A stretch of 64,000 nucleotides of DNA from Spirochaetota bacterium (GTDB taxonomy: Bacteria > Spirochaetota > UBA4802 > JAFGDQ01), in assembly GCA_043803405.1 (NCBI GenBank), contig JAZDKB010000015.1:1-64000 (forward strand), given 5' to 3'. This document shows, one piece after another, positions 10,067 to 18,943 of this stretch (within the stretch, counting starts at the first letter, position 1; the number at the start of each line of letters is the position of its first letter). Position numbers and translations under genes: made by a program. The notes under the pieces were generated by a model. The model was not told where the DNA came from. It did no database searches and saw only the letters and a program-made list of their open reading frames with translations.

Positions 10067-11536
10067 TTATTGACTCATTCTTTCCAGCATTTTATGATAA
10101 TCGTACATCTTCTTTAATACTTTTACTGCTCTTTCCGGCGATCTGAATAGACTTAAATTATATTGTTTCATTGTCTGGCATACATTTTCTTCCCTGCTGC
10201 TTTCAACATGAAAAATGGGTTTATTATATTTCTTCATTAACTTTAACAGGGATTCCTTATGTTCTTTTATTAGGACACTTACTTTATGTAACATCAAATC
10301 AACATCTTCTTTTTTTAAACCGAATCTTTCTGTGAAACTGCCGTGATCAAAAAATGTCGACATTGGGACTCCCCCGCCCAAACTTATAATTGAGTCAACT
10401 TCTTTCCATGAAGCCATTATTTCGATGGCTTTGGGATAAACATCTATGGTTAAAATTGCAGCCATATCCACAGGATTTCTTTTGCTCCAGTATTTCGGCA
10501 ACAGGTTGTTAAACTTTTCCATTATATCATCGGAAAGCTGCGGGAGATTCAACCCGTGCGATTCGCATTCGTCTGCTGCTATTACCCCCCAGCCTCCCCC
10601 TATAGTAATTATGCCTACTTTATTGCCTCTTGGTACCGGATATGATAAAAAACCTCCGATAATATCGATCATTTCCTCAATTGATTCTGCTTCAACTATC
10701 CCACATTGCTTAAAAACAGAACGATAAATCTCAGTAGATCCGGCCATGGCGCCTGTATGTGAAGCGGCAGCCAGTTTGCCGCCATGAGTCTTTCCGGCTT
10801 TATAAATAATGATTGGTTTGGCTGCTTTTAACTCTTTGCAAATATTTATGAATCTTTGTCCGTCTTTTAAACTTTCGATATATAGAGCTATGACTTTTGT
10901 TTTTTCGTCCGAAATGAGATAGGATATATAATCTTCACATTTAATGTTGGCTTCATTTCCGCTGCTGATAAGCTTGTTTATTCCTATCCCATGTTTAACG
11001 CATTCGGTCATAAGTTGAGCGCCGACATTACCGCTTTGAGAAATAATGGATACATAACCCGGGAAAGCTTCCACAAACGGCATAAGAATATTCAGTTTGC
11101 TGTAAGCGTTATATATGCCCATTGTGTTTGGGCCTACCAATTCGATGCCGCAGGCTTTTGCTTTTGCGGAAATTTCCTTCTCAAGCAGCGCGCCTTCCTT
11201 GCCGGTCTCGCTGAAGTCCGATGTGATAACAACAATACCTTTTACTTTTTTAGCGATGCATTCATCAATGATGGAAGAAACATGTTTGGCAGGAACTGTA
11301 ATAACTACAAGGTCAACTTCTTCTTTTATATCTGACAGCGTGGGATAACACGGCAGTCCGAACATTGAACTGCTGTTGGGATTAACCGGAAAAAATTTTC
11401 CTTCATAACCGCCTTTTATTATATTTGCCGGAATTACAAATCCCCATTTCCCAGGTACCGAGCTCGCACCTACGAATGCAATACTTTGGGGGTAAAATAT
11501 CTTTTGAAAATCGATTTTAGTGTTTAATACCGACAT
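10067..11536 (-). CDS. Acyl-CoA synthetase (NDP-forming) alpha-type CoA-binding protein
   Basis: GPNTMG, SQSG, SHTGAMAG phospho-His motif, NPVD; start moved to ATG after SD AAGGA. Confidence 0.9.
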   Translation of the reverse strand: MSVLNTKIDFQKIFYPQSIAFVGASSVPGKWGFVIPANIIKGGYEGKFFPVNPNSSSMFGLPCYPTLSDIKEEVDLVVITVPAKHVSSIIDECIAKKVKGIVVITSDFSETGKEGALLEKEISAKAKACGIELVGPNTMGIYNAYSKLNILMPFVEAFPGYVSIISQSGNVGAQLMTECVKHGIGINKLISSGNEANIKCEDYISYLISDEKTKVIALYIESLKDGQRFINICKELKAAKPIIIYKAGKTHGGKLAAASHTGAMAGSTEIYRSVFKQCGIVEAESIEEMIDIIGGFLSYPVPRGNKVGIITIGGGWGVIAADECESHGLNLPQLSDDIMEKFNNLLPKYWSKRNPVDMAAILTIDVYPKAIEIMASWKEVDSIISLGGGVPMSTFFDHGSFTERFGLKKEDVDLMLHKVSVLIKEHKESLLKLMKKYNKPIFHVESSREENVCQTMKQYNLSLFRSPERAVKVLKKMYDYHKMLERMSQ

Positions 11537-11667
11537 AATCAATTCCTTGCCAACCGGCAGCAAATATGCTATCCGGTAAACAGTATATTTATTCTTATGT
11601 ACGAATGAGCTGCAAACTGAGAAATGACCGAAGAATTATAATAATTCTCAAAAGATGCGGAAATAAT

Positions 11668-12180
11668 TTAAACTACCATTGCTTCCTTAAAATTATTATA
11701 CCATAATAATTCATTTGAAGAAAAATTATTGGAAACTCTCAAATTGAGGTAATAATCCTTTAAAATATTCAAATGAAAGGCTTCTTCATATTCCTCCTTT
11801 GAAATATTTTCTTTTATCAATTCTTTCTCATTATAATTATAATCTACCCATTCAAAGAACAAATCATTTTTGTTAGAGAATATTTCATAGCTGGAAATAA
11901 TATCGTATTTAACCGTATCTACAGCTCTAATAAATGCTTCATCCGATTCGCCCTGAAGATCGAATGCAAGCTCTGTTTGAAAATAATCGCCCCACGAAAT
12001 TACTTTAGGTTTAGCATTACGTATTTCTATAATTTTATTTACGATATTATCTTCTAAATATCTTGTACAGGAAGTTCTGTCAATAAATTCTTTTATGGAA
12101 ATAAGGCATTGAATTTTTGTCATATTAAGATTGCCGTTGTTGATCATCGGGATAAGTTCTTCATTTAAAATAAATTGCAT
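11668..12180 (-). CDS. Hypothetical protein
   Basis: 170-aa ORF with SD AAGGAG; no recognised motif. Confidence 0.7.
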   Translation of the reverse strand: MQFILNEELIPMINNGNLNMTKIQCLISIKEFIDRTSCTRYLEDNIVNKIIEIRNAKPKVISWGDYFQTELAFDLQGESDEAFIRAVDTVKYDIISSYEIFSNKNDLFFEWVDYNYNEKELIKENISKEEYEEAFHLNILKDYYLNLRVSNNFSSNELLWYNNFKEAMVV

Positions 12181-12426
12181 TTTCTGCTCCTTTTGAATAA
12201 AAATATTATATTATTATATTAATTTTTCGGCTGAAATTAATTTTTACTGTATCAATTATATTTTTATCATTTTAGCATTATTATTAAATGCTTTTAGAGC
12301 CTATTTAAGTAGATTTAAAATTAAACTATAAATGAGTTAATCGGTAAAATTTTTAAATGAGTTTTAATATTTCCAAAATTCGGTGGATTTTGTTTTAGGA
12401 TAGCTTGAAAGCAGGAGATCGGATTT

Positions 12427-13041
12427 TTAATTTTTGCTTCTGATTTTCCCCTGTTTTTGCAAGGCCGCTTTTATTACAGGTTCCTGAATAATTTTTTCGC
12501 TCACCAGCAACTCCCCCAGTGGCTTTTGTATTTTATTTCTACTCTCATCCGCAAAATATTCTTTCTGGATCAAAAGTACTTCTTCCAGTTCAAAAGCAGT
12601 CAAAGAACCAATTTCCTTCAGAATTTCTCCGACGCGTCTGTTTTCGTCCGATAACTCGTCAATTAATGCAATGTAATCGGATATATTGCTGTTTGGAGGT
12701 AATATGCGTATTTTGAATTCATTTTTTATTGGTATAAAAATGGTCTCTATTTCAGTCTTTTTTTTAGATGATTTAAAACTTGTCTCAAATCCAAGATAGC
12801 AAAATTCAGGATTAAATTTATAAAAAGAAGGGATCCCGTCTTTTACAACTTTTATGCGTTCAGCCTTTCCAATATTATTTAATGAAATAATTTGAGAATA
12901 AGGAAAAACTTTTCCAAATTCCTTTCTTGGATGAATTGAAATATGCCAGAGTTCATTCAGAACTTTAAGATCATGTTCTGTTTCAAGTTCTTCTGCAATA
13001 ATTTCTATTTCTTCTTTATCGTTGTAATTTTGTTTTCCCAT
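12427..13041 (-). CDS. CheA-P2-like segment plus tandem MshEN-like motifs, without HPt or kinase domains
   Basis: WHIS...FNPEFCYLGFE...RILPP..DYI recalls the CheA middle region; RRVGEILKEIG..Q and PLGELLV..AALQKQ repeats. Confidence 0.6.
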   Translation of the reverse strand: MGKQNYNDKEEIEIIAEELETEHDLKVLNELWHISIHPRKEFGKVFPYSQIISLNNIGKAERIKVVKDGIPSFYKFNPEFCYLGFETSFKSSKKKTEIETIFIPIKNEFKIRILPPNSNISDYIALIDELSDENRRVGEILKEIGSLTAFELEEVLLIQKEYFADESRNKIQKPLGELLVSEKIIQEPVIKAALQKQGKIRSKN

Positions 13042-13167
13042 ATTATAATATTATTGTCTTGATACATGTGATAGATATAAATAGGTTTTAGGAAATTCGC
13101 AAAATATAAAACAAATCAAGTGGAGTATATTACAAATTATTTTTAAACGCAAATAAATAAATATTTA

Positions 13168-13959
13168 TTACTGAATTTTTTCAATGCGGCTAGTAATATC
13201 TTCAAGTTCGAGTGTTAATCTTTCAATATTTCTTTCAATATGCTCTTTCTTTTGAATCAGATTTTCCAGAGAATCGGGATCATTCTTGAAATGATTAAAA
13301 AACGCAGCCTTCACCATATCAGGACTTTTCCCTTCGGCAAACGCTGCTTCCGCAAAGCCGCGCATTTCGGGCTCTTTGATTTTCGCGACCAGTTTCATAT
13401 TCTCGTAACCGATGTCGGGATTAATGTCGAATGCGTTCATTTTTATAAGCGTCTTTGCGGTTGACCTGTGTATCTGCAGTTCCCTGTCTACATAGTCTTC
13501 AAAACTCACACCGAACTGCCTGCACAGTTCATAAGCTTCTATAAGCAGTCCGCCGAATTCTTTCATAAGTTTTCCGTTGGCGGTTAAAAATTTTTCTTTA
13601 AGCTTTTTTGTTAATTCTATAAAGCGCTGTTCTTTTTTAAAAATATTAGTAAAAATTTTTTTCTCTTCAGCAGTAAAAAGAAGACTATGAAAGATATTCC
13701 AGAAATGATTGGTATGTGCTCTTACTGAAATTGGAGCGGAAGAACGGGAAAATTGAATATGGTGAGCGAATTCATGAATGGCAGTATACATTAAAGCATT
13801 ATCATCAGCAAAATTTTTGTTATGTATCAGTATTTCCCTGCTTTCGGGTTTATACAGGCCGTCTACCTTTTTACTTTTTTTTCCTGTAAATGTTAAAACA
13901 AAGTCATCTGCTTCGCTGTCCAGTTCGATTAGTTGTTCCACGACTTGCTGCTGATTCAT
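13168..13959 (-). CDS. Hypothetical protein with HExxH zincin-like motif and C-terminal coiled coil
   Basis: AIHEFAHH followed by AHTNHFW. Confidence 0.7.
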   Translation of the reverse strand: MNQQQVVEQLIELDSEADDFVLTFTGKKSKKVDGLYKPESREILIHNKNFADDNALMYTAIHEFAHHIQFSRSSAPISVRAHTNHFWNIFHSLLFTAEEKKIFTNIFKKEQRFIELTKKLKEKFLTANGKLMKEFGGLLIEAYELCRQFGVSFEDYVDRELQIHRSTAKTLIKMNAFDINPDIGYENMKLVAKIKEPEMRGFAEAAFAEGKSPDMVKAAFFNHFKNDPDSLENLIQKKEHIERNIERLTLELEDITSRIEKIQ

Positions 13960-13984
13960 ATAAATGTTTTATAATTTAACGGAG

Positions 13985-14356
13985 TTACAGTGATTTTAAA
14001 TATTTTATACCGTCATCGACTGTGGAAAAAAACTGGATAAACTTTTCCATATTGATGGGTTTTAATATCGTCATTACCTGAGCAGTATACCGGGTAATCG
14101 CAACATCGCCGTTATCTTTTCTTATTTTTTTTGTCACAGTAATCAATGAGCCTATTCCTGTGCTATCCAGATACTGCAAATCATTAATATCAATTAGTAT
14201 TTTCTTAACTCCTCCGTTTATCAATGTGTTAATAAAAAATTCAAAATCGGGAGTATTGTTATTATCGAGACTCCCTTTAAGTTCAATTTTGACAATTGTT
14301 GTTTTACTTTCCTTGGAAACTCCGGAAGGCATTATGATTTCAGTGTTAAACTTCAT
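13985..14356 (-). CDS. STAS domain anti-sigma factor antagonist
   Basis: LKGSLD, YLDSTGIGSL phospho-Ser motif. Confidence 0.9.
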   Translation of the reverse strand: MKFNTEIIMPSGVSKESKTTIVKIELKGSLDNNNTPDFEFFINTLINGGVKKILIDINDLQYLDSTGIGSLITVTKKIRKDNGDVAITRYTAQVMTILKPINMEKFIQFFSTVDDGIKYLKSL

Positions 14357-14492
14357 TATAATATTACCTTAAAATTAAATAAATTAATTCACTGATTATT
14401 TGCCGACTGCAAAATTTAAAAATTATTTTATGCTATTATTATCGGATTTTATAATTTTTTTTTATATGTCAACTAAAATTATTCGGTAATTT

Positions 14493-15254
14493 TTACATTT
14501 CATAAATTTTCAGCAATCTTTTTGCAGTAATCATGGTTTCGGACGGGTAACCATACGCATTATTAATATATTCGGTATTATTAAAATGAGCCCTCGTGTT
14601 CACATGACTGTGGCCGTAGATGTGTATATTGGGAGATATCTGTCTTATCTGTTTTTCCAGCAGCACTGTGCCAAGCACTGGATATAATATTTTTTTATTT
14701 TCCGGTATAAACGACGGCATTACGTCAATACGCGGCACGAAATGGGAGAAGGAAATAATAAAATCATTTTTTAAATTGAGATATGGCTCGTTCATTGCAA
14801 TAAAATAACGTGTTACGCTGATCTCGTCATAACCTTCGGGCCACTGGCAGGCAGTATAATCTATCCATATATCGAATATCTTTTCTGATGGTTCGCCGAA
14901 GGAGTAATCGTACCATCCGAACAGCGGGATAATAGACAAAGTTTTGAAATGTGCGGGCTCCATTCTTACCCCGCAATTGGACGCTACCGTTTTAATCAAA
15001 TGAAAGTTATCAATGGAGTTCCTGATATTGTTCCGGCGGCTGACCCAGAGATCGTGATTGCCGGGTATGTACAATACTTCTTTAAAGCAATTCTTTAAAG
15101 ACACAAAAGCTTTAATAATTACCGGTATATTATTGGTAATATCCCCTGCAAGGATAAGTATGTCGTTTTTATAATCGGTCTTTGATAGACCGAAAAGCCA
15201 TTGTCTATTCTCGGCATAATCAATATGTACATCTGATACTGCGAATACTCTCAA
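14493..15254 (-). CDS. Calcineurin-like metallophosphoesterase
   Basis: SDVH, AGD, GNHD, SHF, GHSH. Confidence 0.9.
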   Translation of the reverse strand: MRVFAVSDVHIDYAENRQWLFGLSKTDYKNDILILAGDITNNIPVIIKAFVSLKNCFKEVLYIPGNHDLWVSRRNNIRNSIDNFHLIKTVASNCGVRMEPAHFKTLSIIPLFGWYDYSFGEPSEKIFDIWIDYTACQWPEGYDEISVTRYFIAMNEPYLNLKNDFIISFSHFVPRIDVMPSFIPENKKILYPVLGTVLLEKQIRQISPNIHIYGHSHVNTRAHFNNTEYINNAYGYPSETMITAKRLLKIYEM

Positions 15255-15377
15255 GCGCTTGCTCCATAAAAATAAGTAATCCGGGGATAAAAATAAATTC
15301 TATTTGTATAGTGTCAACAGCAAATAAATTATTCGATAATAAATAAGAATAGTTTCCGACTAATAATAATGTAGAGA

Positions 15378-16238
15378 TTGTATTTGATTCCCGGGCTTAT
15401 GAAACTATCAATATTTAACCAACATAAAAAGAGTTTCGTTTTTTTTATTACATTTATATTAGCTCTATTTTTGAGTTTAGTCCAATATCTTTTAGGACCC
15501 GAACTGATTTTCTCTTTGTTTTATATTATCCCAATCATTCTGGCAACATGGAATACCGGAATATGGGCAGGTATTTTTTTATCTTTTTTAAGCGCGGTTA
15601 TAATGCTTTTCGCTGATAAAACCGCACAACACTTTTTTTCAAACGAAATCATTCCATACCTGAATAACCTGTTCCGATTAATTATTTTTCTGATAATAAC
15701 ATATATAATTTCAGAATTAAGATCGGCTCTGCATAAACAAAAAAATCTCGCAAGAATAGATTCTCTTACGTCAATAGCAAACAGCAGGGCGTTTTATGAA
15801 ATTGCCAGTATGGAATTCAATAAGGCAAAAAGGCATGGATTCCCGATTTCCGTCATTTACATGGATCTTGATAACTTTAAAGCGATCAACGATAATTACG
15901 GCCACAGCACAGGTGACTTGCTGTTAAAGCTGGCAGCCAATACAATTATAAAAAACATAAGAACGATCGATATTGCAGCAAGATTGGGAGGCGATGAGTT
16001 TGCTATTTTATTAACCCAGACAGGAGCGGAGCCGGCTTATATAGTTGCTGTTAAACTAAATGAAATGATTTATAATATTATGAAGAAAAACAAGTGGCCG
16101 GTAACGACAAGTATAGGTATTGTGACATTTTTAAAAGCGCCTGAATCCGTGGACGAAATGATAAAAAAGGCTGATATTCTTATGTATGCTGCAAAGTACG
16201 ACGGTAAAAATAATATTAAACAAACAGTGGTTTCTTAA
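15378..16238 (+). CDS. Membrane-anchored diguanylate cyclase
   Basis: N-terminal TM helices; RxxD I-site (RTID) and GGDEF. Confidence 0.92.
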   Translation: MYLIPGLMKLSIFNQHKKSFVFFITFILALFLSLVQYLLGPELIFSLFYIIPIILATWNTGIWAGIFLSFLSAVIMLFADKTAQHFFSNEIIPYLNNLFRLIIFLIITYIISELRSALHKQKNLARIDSLTSIANSRAFYEIASMEFNKAKRHGFPISVIYMDLDNFKAINDNYGHSTGDLLLKLAANTIIKNIRTIDIAARLGGDEFAILLTQTGAEPAYIVAVKLNEMIYNIMKKNKWPVTTSIGIVTFLKAPESVDEMIKKADILMYAAKYDGKNNIKQTVVS

Positions 16239-16252
16239 TAAAAGCTTAATTT

Positions 16253-16423
16253 TTATTTATATGGTTTATTAGACAGTTTATTATCTTTATAAATTATGTT
16301 TCTGATGCTGATTATCTCAAGAAAATATTTTTTTGCATAAATTACCGCTTCCGACAGGTTTTTTTCATCTAACACAATACTTTCAAAATCGCCTATTTTA
16401 TTTTTACCTTGTATCTGATACAT
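16253..16423 (-). CDS. Small hypothetical protein (56 aa), absent from ORF track
   Basis: Open ATG..TAA frame MYQIQGKNKIGDFESIVLDEKNLSEAVIYAKKYFLEIISIR...; SD AAGGGA. Confidence 0.5.
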   Translation of the reverse strand: MYQIQGKNKIGDFESIVLDEKNLSEAVIYAKKYFLEIISIRNIIYKDNKLSNKPYK

Positions 16424-16502
16424 AAATATTGTCCCTTTATTTTAAATATTTTAATTTTTTATTTGTATGAATATTACCTTCAGTTTTTTTATTTGTCAAC
16501 CT

Positions 16503-16560
16503 CAGTGTAATGAACGCTACGTACAGTGTAATGAACGCTACATAGAATGTAATGAACGGC
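16503..16560. repeat. Three 21-bp-period direct repeats
   Basis: Core TGTAATGAACG at 16506, 16527, 16548. Confidence 0.85.
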
Positions 16561-16684
16561 AATGACAGCTAATTTGAATTTGCAAATAAACATCCGAAAT
16601 TAACTTGACTTTATTAATAGGAGGGTACAGATTTTTTTAAAATTATTTGCTTACATTATTAAACAATAACAGCAAGAGAAAATA

Positions 16685-17299
16685 ATGGAAAAAAATATAT
16701 TGCATGCCATTGTATTTATTCAAAACTGGGGTGAGGAAAGTATAATTTTAAATTTTCTTAAACAAAATACTCACGTAATTTCAATTTTTCATATTATGGG
16801 AAGGCACAGTTATTTAATCGATTCCAATTTCGACAATAAATCCCAGCTAGAAGAATGGATATCTCAGGTTAAATCGCTTAAACTGTCATCCGGTATGCCT
16901 GCTGTTATATCACTCCAGACTCAGAAAGTAATCGAAGTATTAAAACAGAAAGAAGCCTTCGGACTAAAAGATTATAAAAACATTAAAGAATATTATCATT
17001 TCTTTATGCTTATTGATAATCCTCATCATGACGAAGGGCTGATCAAGTTATTGAAAAGTCAAGAGACAGTGCATTCTATTCTGCATACCCAGGGCAGGAA
17101 TTCATTTATAGTTGAAGTAATTACTGAATCGTACGACGATTATAAAAATTTTCTTTCAGAGATGAAAAAGCTGGAGACTATTCACCATATTGAGACCCTT
17201 GAAGTTATTCTGGTAAACAAATACAGAAACCAGGTAATGGACTCCGGCGGCAACCTTGTCTATCCCAAAAAGGATATCCGGGAATTATACACTTTGTAA
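16685..17299 (+). CDS. Protein with tandem Lrp/AsnC ligand-binding (RAM)-like domains, no HTH
   Basis: Two repeats: VISIFHIMGRHSYLI..SLQTQKVI and VHSILHTQGRNSFIV..HIETLEVI. Confidence 0.6.
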   Translation: MEKNILHAIVFIQNWGEESIILNFLKQNTHVISIFHIMGRHSYLIDSNFDNKSQLEEWISQVKSLKLSSGMPAVISLQTQKVIEVLKQKEAFGLKDYKNIKEYYHFFMLIDNPHHDEGLIKLLKSQETVHSILHTQGRNSFIVEVITESYDDYKNFLSEMKKLETIHHIETLEVILVNKYRNQVMDSGGNLVYPKKDIRELYTL

Positions 17300-17489
17300 T
17301 CAACCGGAATAAAAGCAATTAATCAGGATTATTGATTTAAAGGAATGAGTTAAAGCGTAACGCCTTGCAGTAAAAATTATTTGACATTATACCTTTTATC
17401 TTCTTAATGGCAGGCAGTTATAAAAATATCATTAGAAATTTTGCAAGAATCAATTGAAATAGAAATCATTTAAAAATAAAATATTGTCC

Positions 17490-17591
17490 ATGATAAGAAA
17501 TAACAACATATTAATCAGTTTGCATTGAGGAACATTCCGGGAGCCCGTGCGGCATCCCTTAATATTTCCAACCGCCTTACTCACGCCTTAA
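17490..17591 (+). CDS. Putative selenocysteine-containing leader peptide MIRNNNILISLH-U-GTFREPVRHPLIFPTALLTP
   Basis: In-frame TGA at 17526-17528 followed by SECIS-like hairpin; read-through ends at TAA 17589-17591 just before a terminator; no clear SD. Confidence 0.55.
17529..17569 (+). promoter_or_regulatory. Bacterial SECIS-like hairpin
   Basis: Upper stem GGGA-GCC/GGC-A-UCCC starts at the 11th nt after UGA; apical loop CGUGC (GU at positions 2-3) begins after a 17-nt spacer; lower stem GGAACAUU/AAUAUUUCC. Confidence 0.6.
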
Positions 17592-17614
17592 TTACTCAGC
17601 AAGCCTCCTGAGAA

Positions 17615-17645
17615 CCGGGCGCCATGAAAGGCGGCCGGATTTTTT
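17615..17645 (+). terminator. Leader (attenuator) terminator ahead of the DCCP/nif-like operon
   Basis: CCGG-G-CGCC[ATGAAA]GGCG-G-CCGG then ATTTTTT, 20 nt before first start codon. Confidence 0.65.
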
Positions 17646-17665
17646 ATATCTTAAGGAGGTTTTAA

Positions 17666-18943
17666 ATGTCAGATTATCAACAAATGTGGTCGGATTTAGG
17701 CCTTGATTTAAAAGGCCATGATGCACTTCTCTCTGTCCTGAGTGGAGCATACCAGGATATTTTTCTTTCTCAGAAGAATCGCCCCGAGGGAATGAAATAT
17801 TTCGACTTCGTTATGAGCGAAGTGCACGGCCTTCGGATAAAGGAATTAATGGACGCGAAGGCCAAAGGCAGAATAATCGTCGGGTCATACTGCGTATTTG
17901 TTCCCGAAGAGCTCATTCTGGCGGTTGACGGCATTTCAGTCGGTCTGTGCGCAGGAGCTGAATTCAACTTTTCCGGTGCGGAAGAAGTTATCCCGAGAAA
18001 CATCTGTTCCCTCATCAAATCCGCCTTCGGTTTTAAACTAGGAAAAGTGTGCCCTTACCTGGAAGCAAGCGACATTGTCGTTGGCGAGAACACTTGCGAC
18101 GGCAAAAAAAAATCGTATGAAATACTCGCTCCGCTTGTCAATGATCTGTATATTATGGATTTGCCGCAGATGAAAAGCAAAGCCGGTAAAACTCTGCTTA
18201 AACAGGAATACAACAAATTTATCAAAAAACTTGAAAAAACAAGCCAGAAAAAAATAACTACTCAATCGCTTAAAAAGGGAATAAAAATAGTAAACGCGAA
18301 ACGAAAGGCCGTGAAGCGTCTTGCCGACTTACGCAAAGCCGACCCTGCTCCGATATCCGGGCTTGACGCCCTGCTTATAAATCAGGTATTCTTCTATGAC
18401 GATCCCATACGATTTACGGATTCAGTCAATAAACTGTGCGACGAACTGGAAGATCGCGTGAAAAAAGGAATAGGCGTTTTTGAAAAAAATACATCCCGCG
18501 TAATAGTATCTGGCTGCCCTATGGCTGTTCCCAACTGGAAAGTACCAGCTCTTATTGAATCAAGCAACGCAGTAATTGTGGGAGAAGAATCCTGCGTTGG
18601 GGAACGCGGAGCCAGATGGCTTACTGACGAAAAAGGCAATAACATAAAGACATTTGTTGATAACATTACAGATCGTTATTTTGATATTGATTGTGCTGTT
18701 TTTACACCCAATCCTTCCCGTGTGGAATACGTAAAGGAAATGGCAAAAAAATTAAATGCAAACGGGGTTATTCATTACAGCCTGCAATTCTGCCATCCTT
18801 ATATTATAGAAAGCAGTCCTGCTGAAAAGGAGCTGGAGAAAACTGGCATACCCACATTGCGTCTGGAGACCGATTACAGCCAGGAGGACGCGGGACAGCT
18901 AAAGACCCGCATTGATGCTTTCGTGGAGCGGATTAAAGGTTAA
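17666..18943 (+). CDS. Double-cubane cluster protein (2-hydroxyacyl-CoA dehydratase/HgdB family), DCCP-like
   Basis: YCVFVPEE, NICSLIKS, CPY, ENTCDGKKK, ESC, IDCAVFTPN, FCHPY, ETDYS; N-terminal extension resembles characterised DCCP (from memory). Confidence 0.88.
   Translation: MSDYQQMWSDLGLDLKGHDALLSVLSGAYQDIFLSQKNRPEGMKYFDFVMSEVHGLRIKELMDAKAKGRIIVGSYCVFVPEELILAVDGISVGLCAGAEFNFSGAEEVIPRNICSLIKSAFGFKLGKVCPYLEASDIVVGENTCDGKKKSYEILAPLVNDLYIMDLPQMKSKAGKTLLKQEYNKFIKKLEKTSQKKITTQSLKKGIKIVNAKRKAVKRLADLRKADPAPISGLDALLINQVFFYDDPIRFTDSVNKLCDELEDRVKKGIGVFEKNTSRVIVSGCPMAVPNWKVPALIESSNAVIVGEESCVGERGARWLTDEKGNNIKTFVDNITDRYFDIDCAVFTPNPSRVEYVKEMAKKLNANGVIHYSLQFCHPYIIESSPAEKELEKTGIPTLRLETDYSQEDAGQLKTRIDAFVERIKG

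Noticed and set aside
12220..14470. Additional sigma28-like promoters (GCCGAAAA near 12225; TCCGATAA near 14440)
   Set aside because: -35 element or spacing imperfect in very AT-rich DNA.
16503..16560. CRISPR array
   Set aside because: Tandem 21-bp units with no unique spacers; no cas genes.
17526..17528. UGA as Trp/Gly (alternative genetic code)
   Set aside because: TGA terminates normal genes in this window (rsgA, yedF, MNT) and Trp is TGG.
17300..17665. SAM-I riboswitch or T-box ahead of metNIQ-containing operon
   Set aside because: No CTTATC..GAG SAM-I core and no GGTGGTACCGCG T-box motif visible; the uORF/SECIS reading explains the structure better.
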